A stretch of DNA of 32,000 nucleotides from Erysipelotrichaceae bacterium (GCA_028698185.1 JAQVDW010000005.1:30001-62000); one strand, 5' to 3'; counted from the stretch's first letter, positions 1 through 8,508 are shown. Program-made: numbers and translations. The notes: generated by a model not told the origin, from the sequence alone.

Positions 1-147
1 ATGATCGAGCTGATCAATGAAGCGGCCGACAGGAAGTTTGGCGGCAAGTTCAATTTCATCAAGAAACCTGAAATCATGACTTGCCAGTTCTGTAACGATG
101 CCAACCTGATTGGGGCTCTCTATAATTTCAAGAACATCCATGAATAA
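1..147 (+). CDS. 3' end of a ROK-family protein (sugar kinase/regulator), truncated by the window edge
   Basis: Frame 1 is open from base 1 to TAA at 145-147 (...FGGKFNFIKKPEIMTCQFCNDANLIGALYNFKNIHE). The ...NDANLIGA... tail resembles the conserved ROK C-terminus. A hairpin plus T-run follows. Confidence 0.4.
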   Translation: MIELINEAADRKFGGKFNFIKKPEIMTCQFCNDANLIGALYNFKNIHE

Positions 148-152
148 CTCTC

Positions 153-187
153 AAGCTTGCCTTTTTTAAGGTGGGCTTTCTTTTTTG
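153..187 (+). terminator. Candidate intrinsic terminator after the ROK gene
   Basis: Stem gcttgcc (155-161) pairs with ggtgggc (170-176), giving 4 GC and 3 GU pairs. It is followed by tttcttttttg. Confidence 0.45.
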
Positions 188-218
188 TTTACTTCAACTT
201 AACTTCAAGGTGTATGAT
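188..218 (+). promoter_or_regulatory. MerR-type promoter (box A): TTTACT, 19-bp spacer, TATGAT
   Basis: -35 tttact at 188-193, exactly 19 nt of spacer (194-212), -10 tatgat at 213-218. It aligns 24/31 with box C at 21978-22008. The right half-site AACTTCAAG is kept; the left half is degenerate (ACTTCAACTT). Lies 24 nt upstream of the 242 ATG. Confidence 0.5.
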
Positions 219-241
219 GGTCTCAGGAAAGTGAGGCAAAC

Positions 242-964
242 ATGGAAAGAGTGAAAGTGATATATCATATGACCGTTTCAATCGATGGCAAAATTACCGG
301 TGATTATCTAAGTGATGAAAGATCACAGGAAGCCATCTCCTATTATTATGCAAAACACCGTGAGTTTAAAAGCGACGGATTCATCTGTGGCCGTAAAACG
401 ATGGCTTCAAGTTTTGGACATCTGATGGACGAAAAGGCAGTATTGCCAGAAATACCGATCGAATCAAATGAGGATTTTGTCGGCGATCCCCAGGCGCGTT
501 TTTATGCTATCGCCCTGGATTCCAAGGGCAAACTCAACTGGAGCTCCAATACCCTCAGAGATGATGATCCCGGTTACGATGGAGCCCATATAATCGAAGT
601 GGTGTGCGAGGATGTCGACCGCCATTACCTGGGTTATCTTCAGGAGCGAAGGGTCTCGTATGTCTTTGCGGGAAAAGCCAAAGTCGATCTTGACCTGCTT
701 TTTATCAAGCTAAAGGACCTGTTTTGCATCAATTTGCTCCTGCTTGAAGGCGGAGGGATAATCGGGGGATCGTTTCTTCAAGCCGGTCTTGTCGACGAAC
801 TGTCGCTGGTTGTCGCCCCATTGATCCAGGGAAGCCAGGGACAGGATCTTGCAGTGGCTGATAAAGAGTTGACCGCCCATTTCACTGCCCAGACACCGGT
901 CATGAACGAATCGGGGGTCCTTTATCTAAGCTTCGTGAAAAACATTCCAAGCATGCCACGATAA
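242..964 (+). CDS. RibD C-terminal domain / dihydrofolate-reductase-like reductase family protein
   Basis: 240 aa. N-terminal HMTVSIDGKITG and ...LLLEGGGIIGGSFLQAGLVDELSLVVAPL... are typical of the RibD_C (pyrimidine reductase-like) fold. Confidence 0.75.
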   Translation: MERVKVIYHMTVSIDGKITGDYLSDERSQEAISYYYAKHREFKSDGFICGRKTMASSFGHLMDEKAVLPEIPIESNEDFVGDPQARFYAIALDSKGKLNWSSNTLRDDDPGYDGAHIIEVVCEDVDRHYLGYLQERRVSYVFAGKAKVDLDLLFIKLKDLFCINLLLLEGGGIIGGSFLQAGLVDELSLVVAPLIQGSQGQDLAVADKELTAHFTAQTPVMNESGVLYLSFVKNIPSMPR

Positions 965-977
965 ACACGATGTGATC

Positions 978-1011
978 GGACAAAGGAGTCGTTCCTTTGT
1001 CCTTGATTTTT
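978..1011 (+). terminator. Intrinsic terminator
   Basis: Perfect 10-bp stem ggacaaagga (978-987) / tcctttgtcc (993-1002), 5-nt loop, then ttgattttt. Confidence 0.8.
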
Positions 1012-1122
1012 CTGTGATGTGCAAGAGTATAGACAGTTTTCTATTTCAAAATATGGAAAAAAACTTCATTTGAATAAGCTTGAGGTGCTGTCAAGGCATT
1101 TCATTGGAATGAGCTCAAATTA

Positions 1123-1152
1123 ACCGAAAAAAGTTGATTTGACTTTTTCGGT
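1123..1152. promoter_or_regulatory. Inverted repeat of two ACCGAAAAA boxes (PurBox-like; candidate PurR operator)
   Basis: accgaaaaaagt (1123-1134) and actttttcggt (1142-1152) are reverse complements apart from one extra A. The CCGAA core resembles the PurBox (AWWWCCGAACWWT) of Bacillota PurR. Lies about 90-120 nt upstream of the proposed pur promoter. Confidence 0.3.
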
Positions 1153-1242
1153 AAAAATTTGCACTTTTGGTAAAATTTGGTAATAAAAGGTGTTTATTTC
1201 TAAAAATGGTTGTCATTTATTTGTTTTTGTATAAAAAAAGAG

Positions 1243-1271
1243 TTGTAATCTTTATTTTATTATGGTATCAT
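1243..1271 (+). promoter_or_regulatory. Candidate sigma-A promoter of the pur/ppc operon
   Basis: TTGTAA (1243-1248), 17 nt, TATCAT (1266-1271). This is the only decent -35/-10 pair I see upstream of the leader. Confidence 0.4.
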
Positions 1272-1277
1272 CAACGC

Positions 1278-1635
1278 GGACAGGTTTAAATAAAAATGAA
1301 GGGTTAAAAAACAAAGCAGGCCGCCGGATTTAATGATTTCCAGCGGTTCGCTACGATTTCCCATGATAAAACACGGTGGCATCATCCTGTGTGACCTGCA
1401 ATCAATCACTTGAACAATATCGGCGCAACCAGCCGATATCTGGATATCAAAATGGCCAGAAGCTTTTTTGAGGAATTCGAGCAATGAAACCGGCCGGAAA
1501 GCTGGAAGAATCTAGACGAATTATTTGACTAAAGTTGGAAGACGAATCGGGTGGCGCAAGTTGCCTGATAGCGGGCCAATAACGATGCTTTTTTCAGCGT
1601 TGTTATTGGGCTTTTTACTAATAGGAGGACGTAAG
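1278..1635 (+). promoter_or_regulatory. Long structured 5' leader (candidate riboswitch or attenuator, class unassigned)
   Basis: About 360 nt with no credible ORF. Helix gcagg 1316-1320 / cctgc 1395-1399 encloses hairpins 1321-1346 and 1363-1385. There is a perfect 8-bp hairpin atatcggc / gccgatat at 1417-1439. Direct repeat GGAAGA...GACGAAT at 1504-1521 and 1537-1547. It ends in the terminator at 1576-1616, just before the purK SD. Confidence 0.55.
1576..1616 (+). terminator. Leader (attenuator) terminator immediately upstream of purK
   Basis: 13-bp stem ccaataacgatgc (1576-1588) / gcgttgttattgg (1597-1609) with 2 GU pairs, loop ttttttca, then gcttttt. The purK SD AGGAGG follows at 1623-1628. 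Confidence 0.8.
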
Positions 1636-2805
1636 ATGGCAAATAAGACAATCAAACAACTGACCCCGCCGGCGACAATCGGCATTATCGGGGGCGGCCA
1701 ACTGGGCAAAATGATGTCCCATGAAGCCAAAAAGATGGGCTATGATGTGGTTATCTATGACCCGAAAGAAAATGCCATTGCGGCTCAGGTTTCAAACAGC
1801 CAGGTGGTGGGTGGCTTCTCCGATGAAGCCAAGCTGTTGGAATTCGCCAAACAGGTCGATGTGATCACTTACGAATTTGAACATCTGGACGCCACTGTCC
1901 TGGAAAATCTGGAAAACAAGGGTTATCCGATCTATCCCAGCGCGGCGACTTTGAGAATGATCCAGGACAAGGACACCCAGAAAAAATGGCTCGCGGACAT
2001 CAATGTTCCGGTCCCTGCCAATTTCCCGGTCTTCACATATGAACAACTTGAGGATGCTTTCAACCGGTTCAACTCCAAGATTGTGGTCAAGACCCGCAAG
2101 GAAGGCTACGACGGCAAAGGGAACATCATCGTCAAGGACATCCAGGATGTCAAATATGCCTATGAACAGTTCGCCGATTTTGACATCATGGTTGAGGAAT
2201 TCATCGATTTTTCCATGGAAGTATCGGTAATGCTTGTGAAAAACGAACATGAAACGGTAATCTATCCGACTTCATACAATAACCACGAGGATTCGATTTT
2301 GATCAAATCCCAGGTTCCGGCGAAAGTCTCTGACCACGTGGCTTTGCAGATAAGACAGATTTCCCAGAAAGTGCTCGACGAGCTTCAGGATTACGGAATT
2401 TTCTGCATCGAGTTTTTCGTGACCAAGGACCAAAGGGTGCTGGTCAACGAAATCGCGCCCCGGCCTCACAATTCCGGACATTACACAATCGAGGGCTGTG
2501 TGTGCAGCCAGTTCGAACAGATAATCCGGGTCATCACCGGGTTGCCTTTAGGCTCAAGCGAGCTGATCAATCCAAGCGTCATGTACAACCTGCTGGGCAG
2601 TGATAACGGCAAGTATACAGTGGCCGGATTGGACGAAGTATTGAAAATTCCCAACTGTCATTTCCACCTGTATGGAAAAGACATTTCCGGTGTCCAACGC
2701 AAGCTGGGACATCTTACAGTAGTTGCAAATTCCCTTGACCAGGCAAACACCTTGGCTGATCAAGCATTTGATAAAATTAAATTTGAAATTAAAGGAGAGC
2801 AGTAG
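1636..2805 (+). CDS. purK: N5-carboxyaminoimidazole ribonucleotide synthase (ATP-grasp, bicarbonate-dependent)
   Basis: ATG at 1636 lies 7 nt after AGGAGG. N-terminus MANKTIKQLTPPATIGIIGGGQLGKMM..., and ...VNEIAPRPHNSGH... is the PurK signature. The 1525 start in the ORF track would read through the attenuator terminator. Confidence 0.9.
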   Translation: MANKTIKQLTPPATIGIIGGGQLGKMMSHEAKKMGYDVVIYDPKENAIAAQVSNSQVVGGFSDEAKLLEFAKQVDVITYEFEHLDATVLENLENKGYPIYPSAATLRMIQDKDTQKKWLADINVPVPANFPVFTYEQLEDAFNRFNSKIVVKTRKEGYDGKGNIIVKDIQDVKYAYEQFADFDIMVEEFIDFSMEVSVMLVKNEHETVIYPTSYNNHEDSILIKSQVPAKVSDHVALQIRQISQKVLDELQDYGIFCIEFFVTKDQRVLVNEIAPRPHNSGHYTIEGCVCSQFEQIIRVITGLPLGSSELINPSVMYNLLGSDNGKYTVAGLDEVLKIPNCHFHLYGKDISGVQRKLGHLTVVANSLDQANTLADQAFDKIKFEIKGEQ

Positions 2806-2806
2806 A

Positions 2807-4426
2807 ATGAGAAGAAGATATCCAAGTACAATGGCGACTCAGCATCCCGACAATGTCGACAAGTATGTTAGAGTCCAACACGAACCAGATGAAGCAGTGC
2901 ATATGCTTACACCGGTGGAAAAAGGCGGTTTAGGCATCGATGAGATCATGATCGACTTCGAAGGGAAATTGACACCTTACCATCAGCCAAGCCAAGTGGC
3001 TTTAGGTCTGATCAAAGAAGGGGTAATTCCTGGTCAAGACGTAAATATCACTCCAAGAATCCCCAACGCTTCAAAAGAATCGGCGTTTAGACAGCTTATG
3101 AGTATCATGGCTTTGGTGGAAACCAATGTCCTGGCGTATCGCCAATCTGGAGTTCAGGCGATCATTGAAACGGTTGTTCCGATGATTGAAACAGGACAAG
3201 AGCTTATCGACATCCAGGAAAGAATCAATTCGGTAATCGAATTGGGGAACAAGAACTACGATATCCAATTCCCACTGTTCTCAATGCAAATCGTACCTTT
3301 AATTGAAAGCGTTCCAGCATTGGTTAACGCAGACAAGATCATCGACGAATACTACCAAGACTGTCTTGCCAAAGGATTCAAGATGGACGATATCCGCGTG
3401 ATGTTCGCCCGCTCGGACTCAGCGATGTCATACGGTCTGATTTCAGGGGTATTGGCTGTCCTACTGGCGGTTGATGCGACAAACAAATGGTCTGAGAAAA
3501 ACAATGTGCCGATCGCTCCGATTTTGGGATGCGGTTCATTGCCATTCCGCGGTCACCTGACTTTGGAAAACCTTGAAGGATTGATGGAAAACTACGCTGG
3601 TGTGCGCACTTACACAGTGCAATCAGGATTGCGTTATGACCATGGTGAAGCCAAAACAATCGAAGTGGCCCGCCGTCTCAAAGAAGAGGCAATCAAAAAG
3701 ACCCCTCGCAAATTCTCTGATGAAGATATCGAAATGATCAAGGAATTCATCGGAATCATGACGAAATACTATACTCGCACATTCGTTAAGCTGATCGAAA
3801 CGGTAAATGTGATTGCCCAATACATGCCTAAAAACCGTGACCGTCTGGCGGCTTCGAAACACAATATCGACTACGTTCGTGAAGCGGCCAACCTTGATGA
3901 TATCATCGCCTTGGTAAAAGACGAAGAGCTGATCAAGGAACTGCGTTCAATCGACACTAGAGTCACTTGCTCAGTGCCACGTGCGATTTCATATACAGCG
4001 GCTCTTTACACCCTTGGTACACCACCTGAGTTCATCGGAACCGGTCGCTGCCTGGCTGAAATCAAGGAAAAATTCGGTCAAAAAGGTATCGACAAGCTGG
4101 TTGAGTTCTATCCTGGTCTTAAAGCCGACTTGAACTTCGCTGGAAAATATGTCAATGTCCATGCGGCCAAAGGAATCATCGATGAGGAATCACGTCAAGA
4201 ATACCTGACAGATTTCAAAAACGCTTGCGAAATTCTGGGACTCGATATCGACATCACTGGCGATCATGAAGATGAATTCTACCATACACTGTTGAATTCG
4301 ACTCGTCCGATCTTGTTGCATATCATCGGGAAACAAGAAGACATGTTCGACAGCCAACAGGAAGAAAACAAAATCATGAACGAGTGGATCAAGAAAATGG
4401 GTAAAATCCGCGGAAGTTTGGGATAG
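2807..4426 (+). CDS. ppcA: Archaeal-type phosphoenolpyruvate carboxylase (PepcA / PEPcase_2 family)
   Basis: ATG at 2807 is 1 nt after the purK stop, with SD AAAGGAGAG. The N-terminal ...STMATQHPDN... motif and 539-aa length match the short archaeal-type PEPC found in some Clostridia and Lactobacillales, not the roughly 900-aa bacterial Ppc. Confidence 0.8.
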   Translation: MRRRYPSTMATQHPDNVDKYVRVQHEPDEAVHMLTPVEKGGLGIDEIMIDFEGKLTPYHQPSQVALGLIKEGVIPGQDVNITPRIPNASKESAFRQLMSIMALVETNVLAYRQSGVQAIIETVVPMIETGQELIDIQERINSVIELGNKNYDIQFPLFSMQIVPLIESVPALVNADKIIDEYYQDCLAKGFKMDDIRVMFARSDSAMSYGLISGVLAVLLAVDATNKWSEKNNVPIAPILGCGSLPFRGHLTLENLEGLMENYAGVRTYTVQSGLRYDHGEAKTIEVARRLKEEAIKKTPRKFSDEDIEMIKEFIGIMTKYYTRTFVKLIETVNVIAQYMPKNRDRLAASKHNIDYVREAANLDDIIALVKDEELIKELRSIDTRVTCSVPRAISYTAALYTLGTPPEFIGTGRCLAEIKEKFGQKGIDKLVEFYPGLKADLNFAGKYVNVHAAKGIIDEESRQEYLTDFKNACEILGLDIDITGDHEDEFYHTLLNSTRPILLHIIGKQEDMFDSQQEENKIMNEWIKKMGKIRGSLG

Positions 4427-4462
4427 AAAAAAAATATAAGTTACATGCGGGAGGAAAATACG

Positions 4463-4987
4463 ATGGAGATAACAGAAACAACTAGCGCTAAAGTCGCAAT
4501 AATAATGGGAAGCGATTCCGATTTGAGAATCATGAAAGATGCAGCACAAGTGATGGAGGAACTGGCGATTCCTTATGAAATCAAGGTTGTCTCGGCACAC
4601 CGTACTCCTGAACGCATGGTCGAATACGGTAAGAGTGCTCAGCAACGGGGCATCGATGTGATAATCGCCGGAGCCGGTGGGGCAGCCCACCTTCCCGGGA
4701 TGGTTGCGGCTTTGACGTCGCTTCCGGTTATCGGGGTTCCGGTCAAACTGAAGGAACTTGACGGCATGGATTCCCTGCTTTCAATTGTCCAGATGCCAAA
4801 AGGAGTTCCGGTCGCCACTGTTGGAATAAACAATGCCAAAAATGCCGGACTTCTCGCAGCTAGGATCATCGGGATCAAGTATCCGCAGATCAACCAGAAA
4901 CTGGCTGAGAACACGCAAAACATCAAAGACAATTTGATTTATGATTTGGAAGATAAATTGAAAGAAAGTTGGGATGGCAATGGATAA
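4463..4987 (+). CDS. purE: N5-CAIR mutase (class I PurE)
   Basis: ATG at 4463 lies 8 nt after GGGAGG. Motifs ...IIMGSDSDL..., ...[10 protein letters not shown]..., ...[15 protein letters not shown]...PVIGVPV... are present. It has a roughly 25-aa C-terminal extension that overlaps the next gene. Confidence 0.9.
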   Translation: MEITETTSAKVAIIMGSDSDLRIMKDAAQVMEELAIPYEIKVVSAHRTPERMVEYGKSAQQRGIDVIIAGAGGAAHLPGMVAALTSLPVIGVPVKLKELDGMDSLLSIVQMPKGVPVATVGINNAKNAGLLAARIIGIKYPQINQKLAENTQNIKDNLIYDLEDKLKESWDGNG

Positions 4988-6194
4988 AGGTCGACCGAGT
5001 AGAACTGTAGAAGATTCGAAAATTTACCGCTGGCTATTTGTCGTGCTGGGAACCGCAATCATGCTTTTTCTAGGGACGGTGTATTCCTACAGCGTCTTCA
5101 GGATCGCAATCGAAACGAAGTTCGATATTCACGTCACCCAGAGCGGCCTGCCGTACATGATGGCATTAAGTTCATATGCCCTGTTCATGTTTTTGACAGG
5201 ACGCCATATCGAAAGCTATAAACCGCGCAACATCCTGCTTATCGGAGGTTTCCTGGTGGCTTCGGGTTGGATCCTTTCCGCCTTCGCGCCAAATATCTAT
5301 GTTTTCACTCTCACTTATGGACTGATCTCGGGGGCCGGGGTCGGAGTTGCCTACGGCATTCCGATGACCGTTGTTTCCAAATGGTTTCCGGAAAACAAGG
5401 GAGTCATGGTCGGGATCGTACTGATTGGATTCGGCCTTTCACCCCTTATCAGTGCTCCAATCATCAGGATATTGATGGGTTACCTGGGACTGATGAACAC
5501 TTTTCTCGCTCTGGGAATCGCCTTTATGGTCCTGTTGCCCCTGCTGGCATTCCCGTTCGCCTATCCTCACAGCGACGGGAAAAGCGACCATGATATCGAA
5601 CATGAAAAAGGCCTGACAACAACCCAAATGGTCAAGACCCGGGAATTCAAGGGTGTCTATCTCAATTTCATCTTCGGAACAATGGTCGGCCTGACGTTGG
5701 TGGGCATGACTTCGAAAATTGGGATCGAATTCATCAAACTTGATTCAAACCAGGTAATGCCTTTGCTTTCGCTGTTTGCGGTTTTCAACGGATTGGGAAG
5801 ACCGGCATTTGGGTGGCTTACCGACCGGGTTCATCCCCGCAACGCCATGTTGCTTTCATATGCGATGATCGCATTTGCGAGCATCCTGCTGATAGTAAGC
5901 GGCAGTGAACATCTGCTTATCTACATAATCGCCTTTTGCATCTACTGGTTCAATCTTGGAGGCTGGCTGGCTATTGCGCCTACTTCCACGATGCAGCTTT
6001 TTGGATTCAAATACTATTCGAAAAACTATGGGCTTGTTTTCACGGCTTATGGTATCGGAGCGATTCTGGGGGTCCTTTCTTCAGGTATGATCCTGGATAT
6101 CCAGCATAATTATTACCTGATATTCTATTATCTGGTCATCCTTTGTGTCCTTGGCGTGATCAGTTCCCTTGTTTTTTTCAGGGAGAAGAAATAA
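4974..6194 (+). CDS. MFS transporter, oxalate/formate antiporter (OFA)-like
   Basis: 406 aa with about 12 hydrophobic segments. The N-terminus ...[25 protein letters not shown]... is typical of OFA-family MFS carriers. The start overlaps purE by 14 nt, which suggests translational coupling. Confidence 0.75.
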   Translation: MAMDKGRPSRTVEDSKIYRWLFVVLGTAIMLFLGTVYSYSVFRIAIETKFDIHVTQSGLPYMMALSSYALFMFLTGRHIESYKPRNILLIGGFLVASGWILSAFAPNIYVFTLTYGLISGAGVGVAYGIPMTVVSKWFPENKGVMVGIVLIGFGLSPLISAPIIRILMGYLGLMNTFLALGIAFMVLLPLLAFPFAYPHSDGKSDHDIEHEKGLTTTQMVKTREFKGVYLNFIFGTMVGLTLVGMTSKIGIEFIKLDSNQVMPLLSLFAVFNGLGRPAFGWLTDRVHPRNAMLLSYAMIAFASILLIVSGSEHLLIYIIAFCIYWFNLGGWLAIAPTSTMQLFGFKYYSKNYGLVFTAYGIGAILGVLSSGMILDIQHNYYLIFYYLVILCVLGVISSLVFFREKK

Positions 6195-6200
6195 TCGAAG

Positions 6201-6228
6201 TCCGGCGGTTGCCGGATTTTTGTGTTTT
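6201..6228 (+). terminator. Intrinsic terminator closing the pur/ppc operon
   Basis: tccggc (6201-6206), loop ggtt, gccgga (6211-6216), followed by tttttgtgtttt. Confidence 0.75.
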
Positions 6229-6305
6229 GATTTTACTATTTTGAAATTATTCAATGTAAGCCCTTCGAATATGCTATGATTTTCAAGAAAAAGAGGGCGA
6301 AAAAA

Positions 6306-6701
6306 ATGATAAAGATATTATTATGCTGCGGTGGGGGCTTTTCATCAAGCTACATCACCGAAAAATTGAAGAAGCAGATATTGGCCAACGGGCTGGAAAA
6401 AGAGGTATCCATAGAATACTCTCCGTTTTCACTGGGATTGAAGAGCGCAAGCAACTACGACATAATGGTGTGCTGTCCCCATCTGAACATTTCCGTCAAG
6501 CAGGCGATCAAGGACAACCGGGCAACGATTCCCATCTACATCCTGCCGCCAAGAATGTACGGCCTGATGGACATCAAGGAGATCTACCATGATGTCAAGG
6601 ATCTACTTATCATCCATGAAACGACCAGGATCAATCCGGTCCACTTCGCCGGGGAGGAAAATCCGCTTCGCATCACAAGAACCAAAGCCTATAACCGTTA
6701 A
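6306..6701 (+). CDS. PTS EIIB component, lactose/cellobiose family (orphan)
   Basis: MIKILLCCGGGFSSSYITEKLKK... matches the ChbB/LicB-type N-terminal Cys phosphorylation loop (compare KILLVCAAGMSTS). I prefer ATG 6306 (AGAGGG about 8 nt upstream) over 6276. No EIIC or EIIA in the window. Confidence 0.7.
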   Translation: MIKILLCCGGGFSSSYITEKLKKQILANGLEKEVSIEYSPFSLGLKSASNYDIMVCCPHLNISVKQAIKDNRATIPIYILPPRMYGLMDIKEIYHDVKDLLIIHETTRINPVHFAGEENPLRITRTKAYNR

Positions 6702-6702
6702 A

Positions 6703-6722
6703 AACCCCGATCAGTCGGGGTT
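6703..6722. terminator. Bidirectional hairpin between convergent EIIB and rpiR genes
   Basis: aaccccga (6703-6710), loop tcag, tcggggtt (6715-6722). T-rich on the plus side (ctttatttt) and tttt on the minus side. The loop contains the rpiR stop codon. Confidence 0.7.
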
Positions 6723-7568
6723 CTTTATTTTCAGTTTCTGATAGTTTTCAAGTTTCTTTTCCACGTTGTTTTCATAGTTTTTCTCGAAATAATAGACGTA
6801 GATGCAATCAAGCAAAAAGAGCAGCGAAAGACGGGTGGAGAATGATGAAATCTTGTGATAATGGCTTTCCTGTGAGCTAAGGTACAAAGGGTAAGTGGCA
6901 TATTTGCTTAGCGGGTTGGCGTTGGTCGATGAGATCAGGATTATCGGGGTGCGATTCAGTTTGAGTGTCTTGGCGATATGCCCGATAATCTCGCCCCGGC
7001 CCTCGAAGGACATGATGATAGCGATACCGCCCTTTTTGGAGTTGGCGGCAGCCAGACGTTGCTGGTATTCCTCGAGCGGGACGTTGACATGGATGCCGAT
7101 CTCCGCCATCTGGAACATGAAGTTCTGGGCGAAATAGATGTTGCCAGCGGAAGTATAAAAATCGATGTGCCGGGCTTTTTTCAGGGCATCGGCAATCTTG
7201 AGCAGCTGGCGATGGTCGACCAGGTTCTGGGTGTTGAGCAGCGTCTGGTCATAGAGATCCTTCATCTTGGAGATGATCTGGCTGTGAATCTCGTTGGATT
7301 TGATCGGAAAGTTGTAATCGAGGGAGCTTTGCTGTCTGTGGTACTCGTCGATGGAAGATGACACCAGGATCTTGAGCTCACTTAATCCGGAAAGGTCAAG
7401 CTTGGTACAAAGCCGGTAGATCGTCGATGTGGAGATAAAGCATTCCTTGGCGATTCTGGCCGCATTGTACTTGACGAAGTTGTCAGGCTCATTTTGCATG
7501 TATTCGACCAAGGTCTTCTCGCTTTGGGTCAGATCGGTCAGTTGGGTCAGTCGGTTGAAAATGTTCAT
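6711..7568 (-). CDS. MurR/RpiR-family transcriptional regulator (HTH_6 + SIS domain)
   Basis: 285 aa. The N-terminal ...LTQSEKTLVEYMQNEPDNFVKYNAARIAKECFISTSTIYRLCTKL... HTH plus a C-terminal SIS-like region are typical of RpiR. Confidence 0.85.
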   Translation of the reverse strand: MNIFNRLTQLTDLTQSEKTLVEYMQNEPDNFVKYNAARIAKECFISTSTIYRLCTKLDLSGLSELKILVSSSIDEYHRQQSSLDYNFPIKSNEIHSQIISKMKDLYDQTLLNTQNLVDHRQLLKIADALKKARHIDFYTSAGNIYFAQNFMFQMAEIGIHVNVPLEEYQQRLAAANSKKGGIAIIMSFEGRGEIIGHIAKTLKLNRTPIILISSTNANPLSKYATYPLYLSSQESHYHKISSFSTRLSLLFLLDCIYVYYFEKNYENNVEKKLENYQKLKIKNPD

Positions 7569-7614
7569 TTAATCACCTCGACCTTATTATAACCCATTAT
7601 TAATCTAAAATGCT

Positions 7615-7645
7615 TTCAAAAAAAGAAATAGCCCAGTTTCCCGGG
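7615..7645 (-). terminator. Intrinsic terminator after the Cof-type phosphatase gene
   Basis: On the minus strand: gcccgg, loop gaaa, ctgggc (one GU pair), followed by tatttcttttttt. Confidence 0.55.
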
Positions 7646-7671
7646 CCAATAAACAAAAAAGTATCTCGATT

Positions 7672-8508
7672 TTAGAAATAGCGGTTTAAAATGTGGGCAA
7701 TGCCGTCCTCGTCGTTTGAAAGGGTAACCTCAGTGGCAATTGCCTTGAGATCTTCAACGGCATTGGCCATGGCAACTCCATGATGGGCATAAGCCACCAT
7801 AGTCGCGTCATTGTGACCGTCGCCAAAGGCAATCATCTGTTCTTGAGTGTAGCCCATCGGTTTAAGAATCGTATCGAGGGCTTTGGCCTTGTCAATGCCA
7901 TTGGCGGTGAATTCGAAATAGAAGTCACCGGTGAAGACACAGTTGAGTCTCTCCTTGAACGGTTCCATCATCGCCTGGTAATTTGCCTGGAGATATTCCG
8001 GATCCCCGGCAGTCAGTATCTTATTTAGCGGATAGTCGGCAAACTTTGCCAGGTCATCCATTTCGCATAGCTGGAACTTTCCTCCCCGTGATTCATATTC
8101 GATCACATTGAAAGGGGCCCCTTTATAGCTTATATAATTGTCATAGACGTTGTTGACATACATGTATGCACCTTTGTCAATCATCGGTTTGACTTCGAAT
8201 TGCTTAAGATGTTCCAGGACTTCCTGGCCGTCGGTTACAGTCATCGTCTGGTTGAAAAGGACTTCGTTGGTCTGGGCATTGACTACTTTCGACCCGTTGA
8301 AACTGACGAGAAGTCCGTTGTTTTTATCCATCTCCAGCTCCGCTGCGAAATCAACCAGTCCCGAAGTCGGCCGGCCTGAAGCCAGGATCAGCAGGGCCCC
8401 TTTTTTCTGGGCGTTCAATAAAGCTTCTTTGGTTTTGGGAGTGATGGTCTTTTTCGAGTTTGTCAGAGTACCATCAACATCCATGATTATCACTTTGATA
8501 TCTTTCAT
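7672..8508 (-). CDS. Cof-type HAD-IIB phosphatase
   Basis: MKDIKVIIMDVDGTLTNSKKTITPKTKEALLNAQKKGALLILASGRP... and C-terminal ...AFGDGHNDATM... are the HAD motifs I-IV of Cof/YidA-like sugar phosphatases. Confidence 0.85.
   Translation of the reverse strand: MKDIKVIIMDVDGTLTNSKKTITPKTKEALLNAQKKGALLILASGRPTSGLVDFAAELEMDKNNGLLVSFNGSKVVNAQTNEVLFNQTMTVTDGQEVLEHLKQFEVKPMIDKGAYMYVNNVYDNYISYKGAPFNVIEYESRGGKFQLCEMDDLAKFADYPLNKILTAGDPEYLQANYQAMMEPFKERLNCVFTGDFYFEFTANGIDKAKALDTILKPMGYTQEQMIAFGDGHNDATMVAYAHHGVAMANAVEDLKAIATEVTLSNDEDGIAHILNRYF

Noticed and set aside
1549-1554. A GGGTGG that looks slightly like the T-box core (GGGUGGNACCGCG)
   Set aside because: The UACCGCG part, the AGAGA/GNUGNNA stem I elements and a specifier-loop context are all missing. 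It was not called as a T-box.
1525-1635. The 5' extension of the purK ORF (track start 1525), plus ORFs 1260-1484(-) and 1521-1730(-) inside the leader
   Set aside because: The extension would be translated through the attenuator terminator and has no SD, whereas ATG 1636 has AGGAGG and the canonical PurK N-terminus. The minus-strand ORFs lack an SD and have no recognisable sequence.
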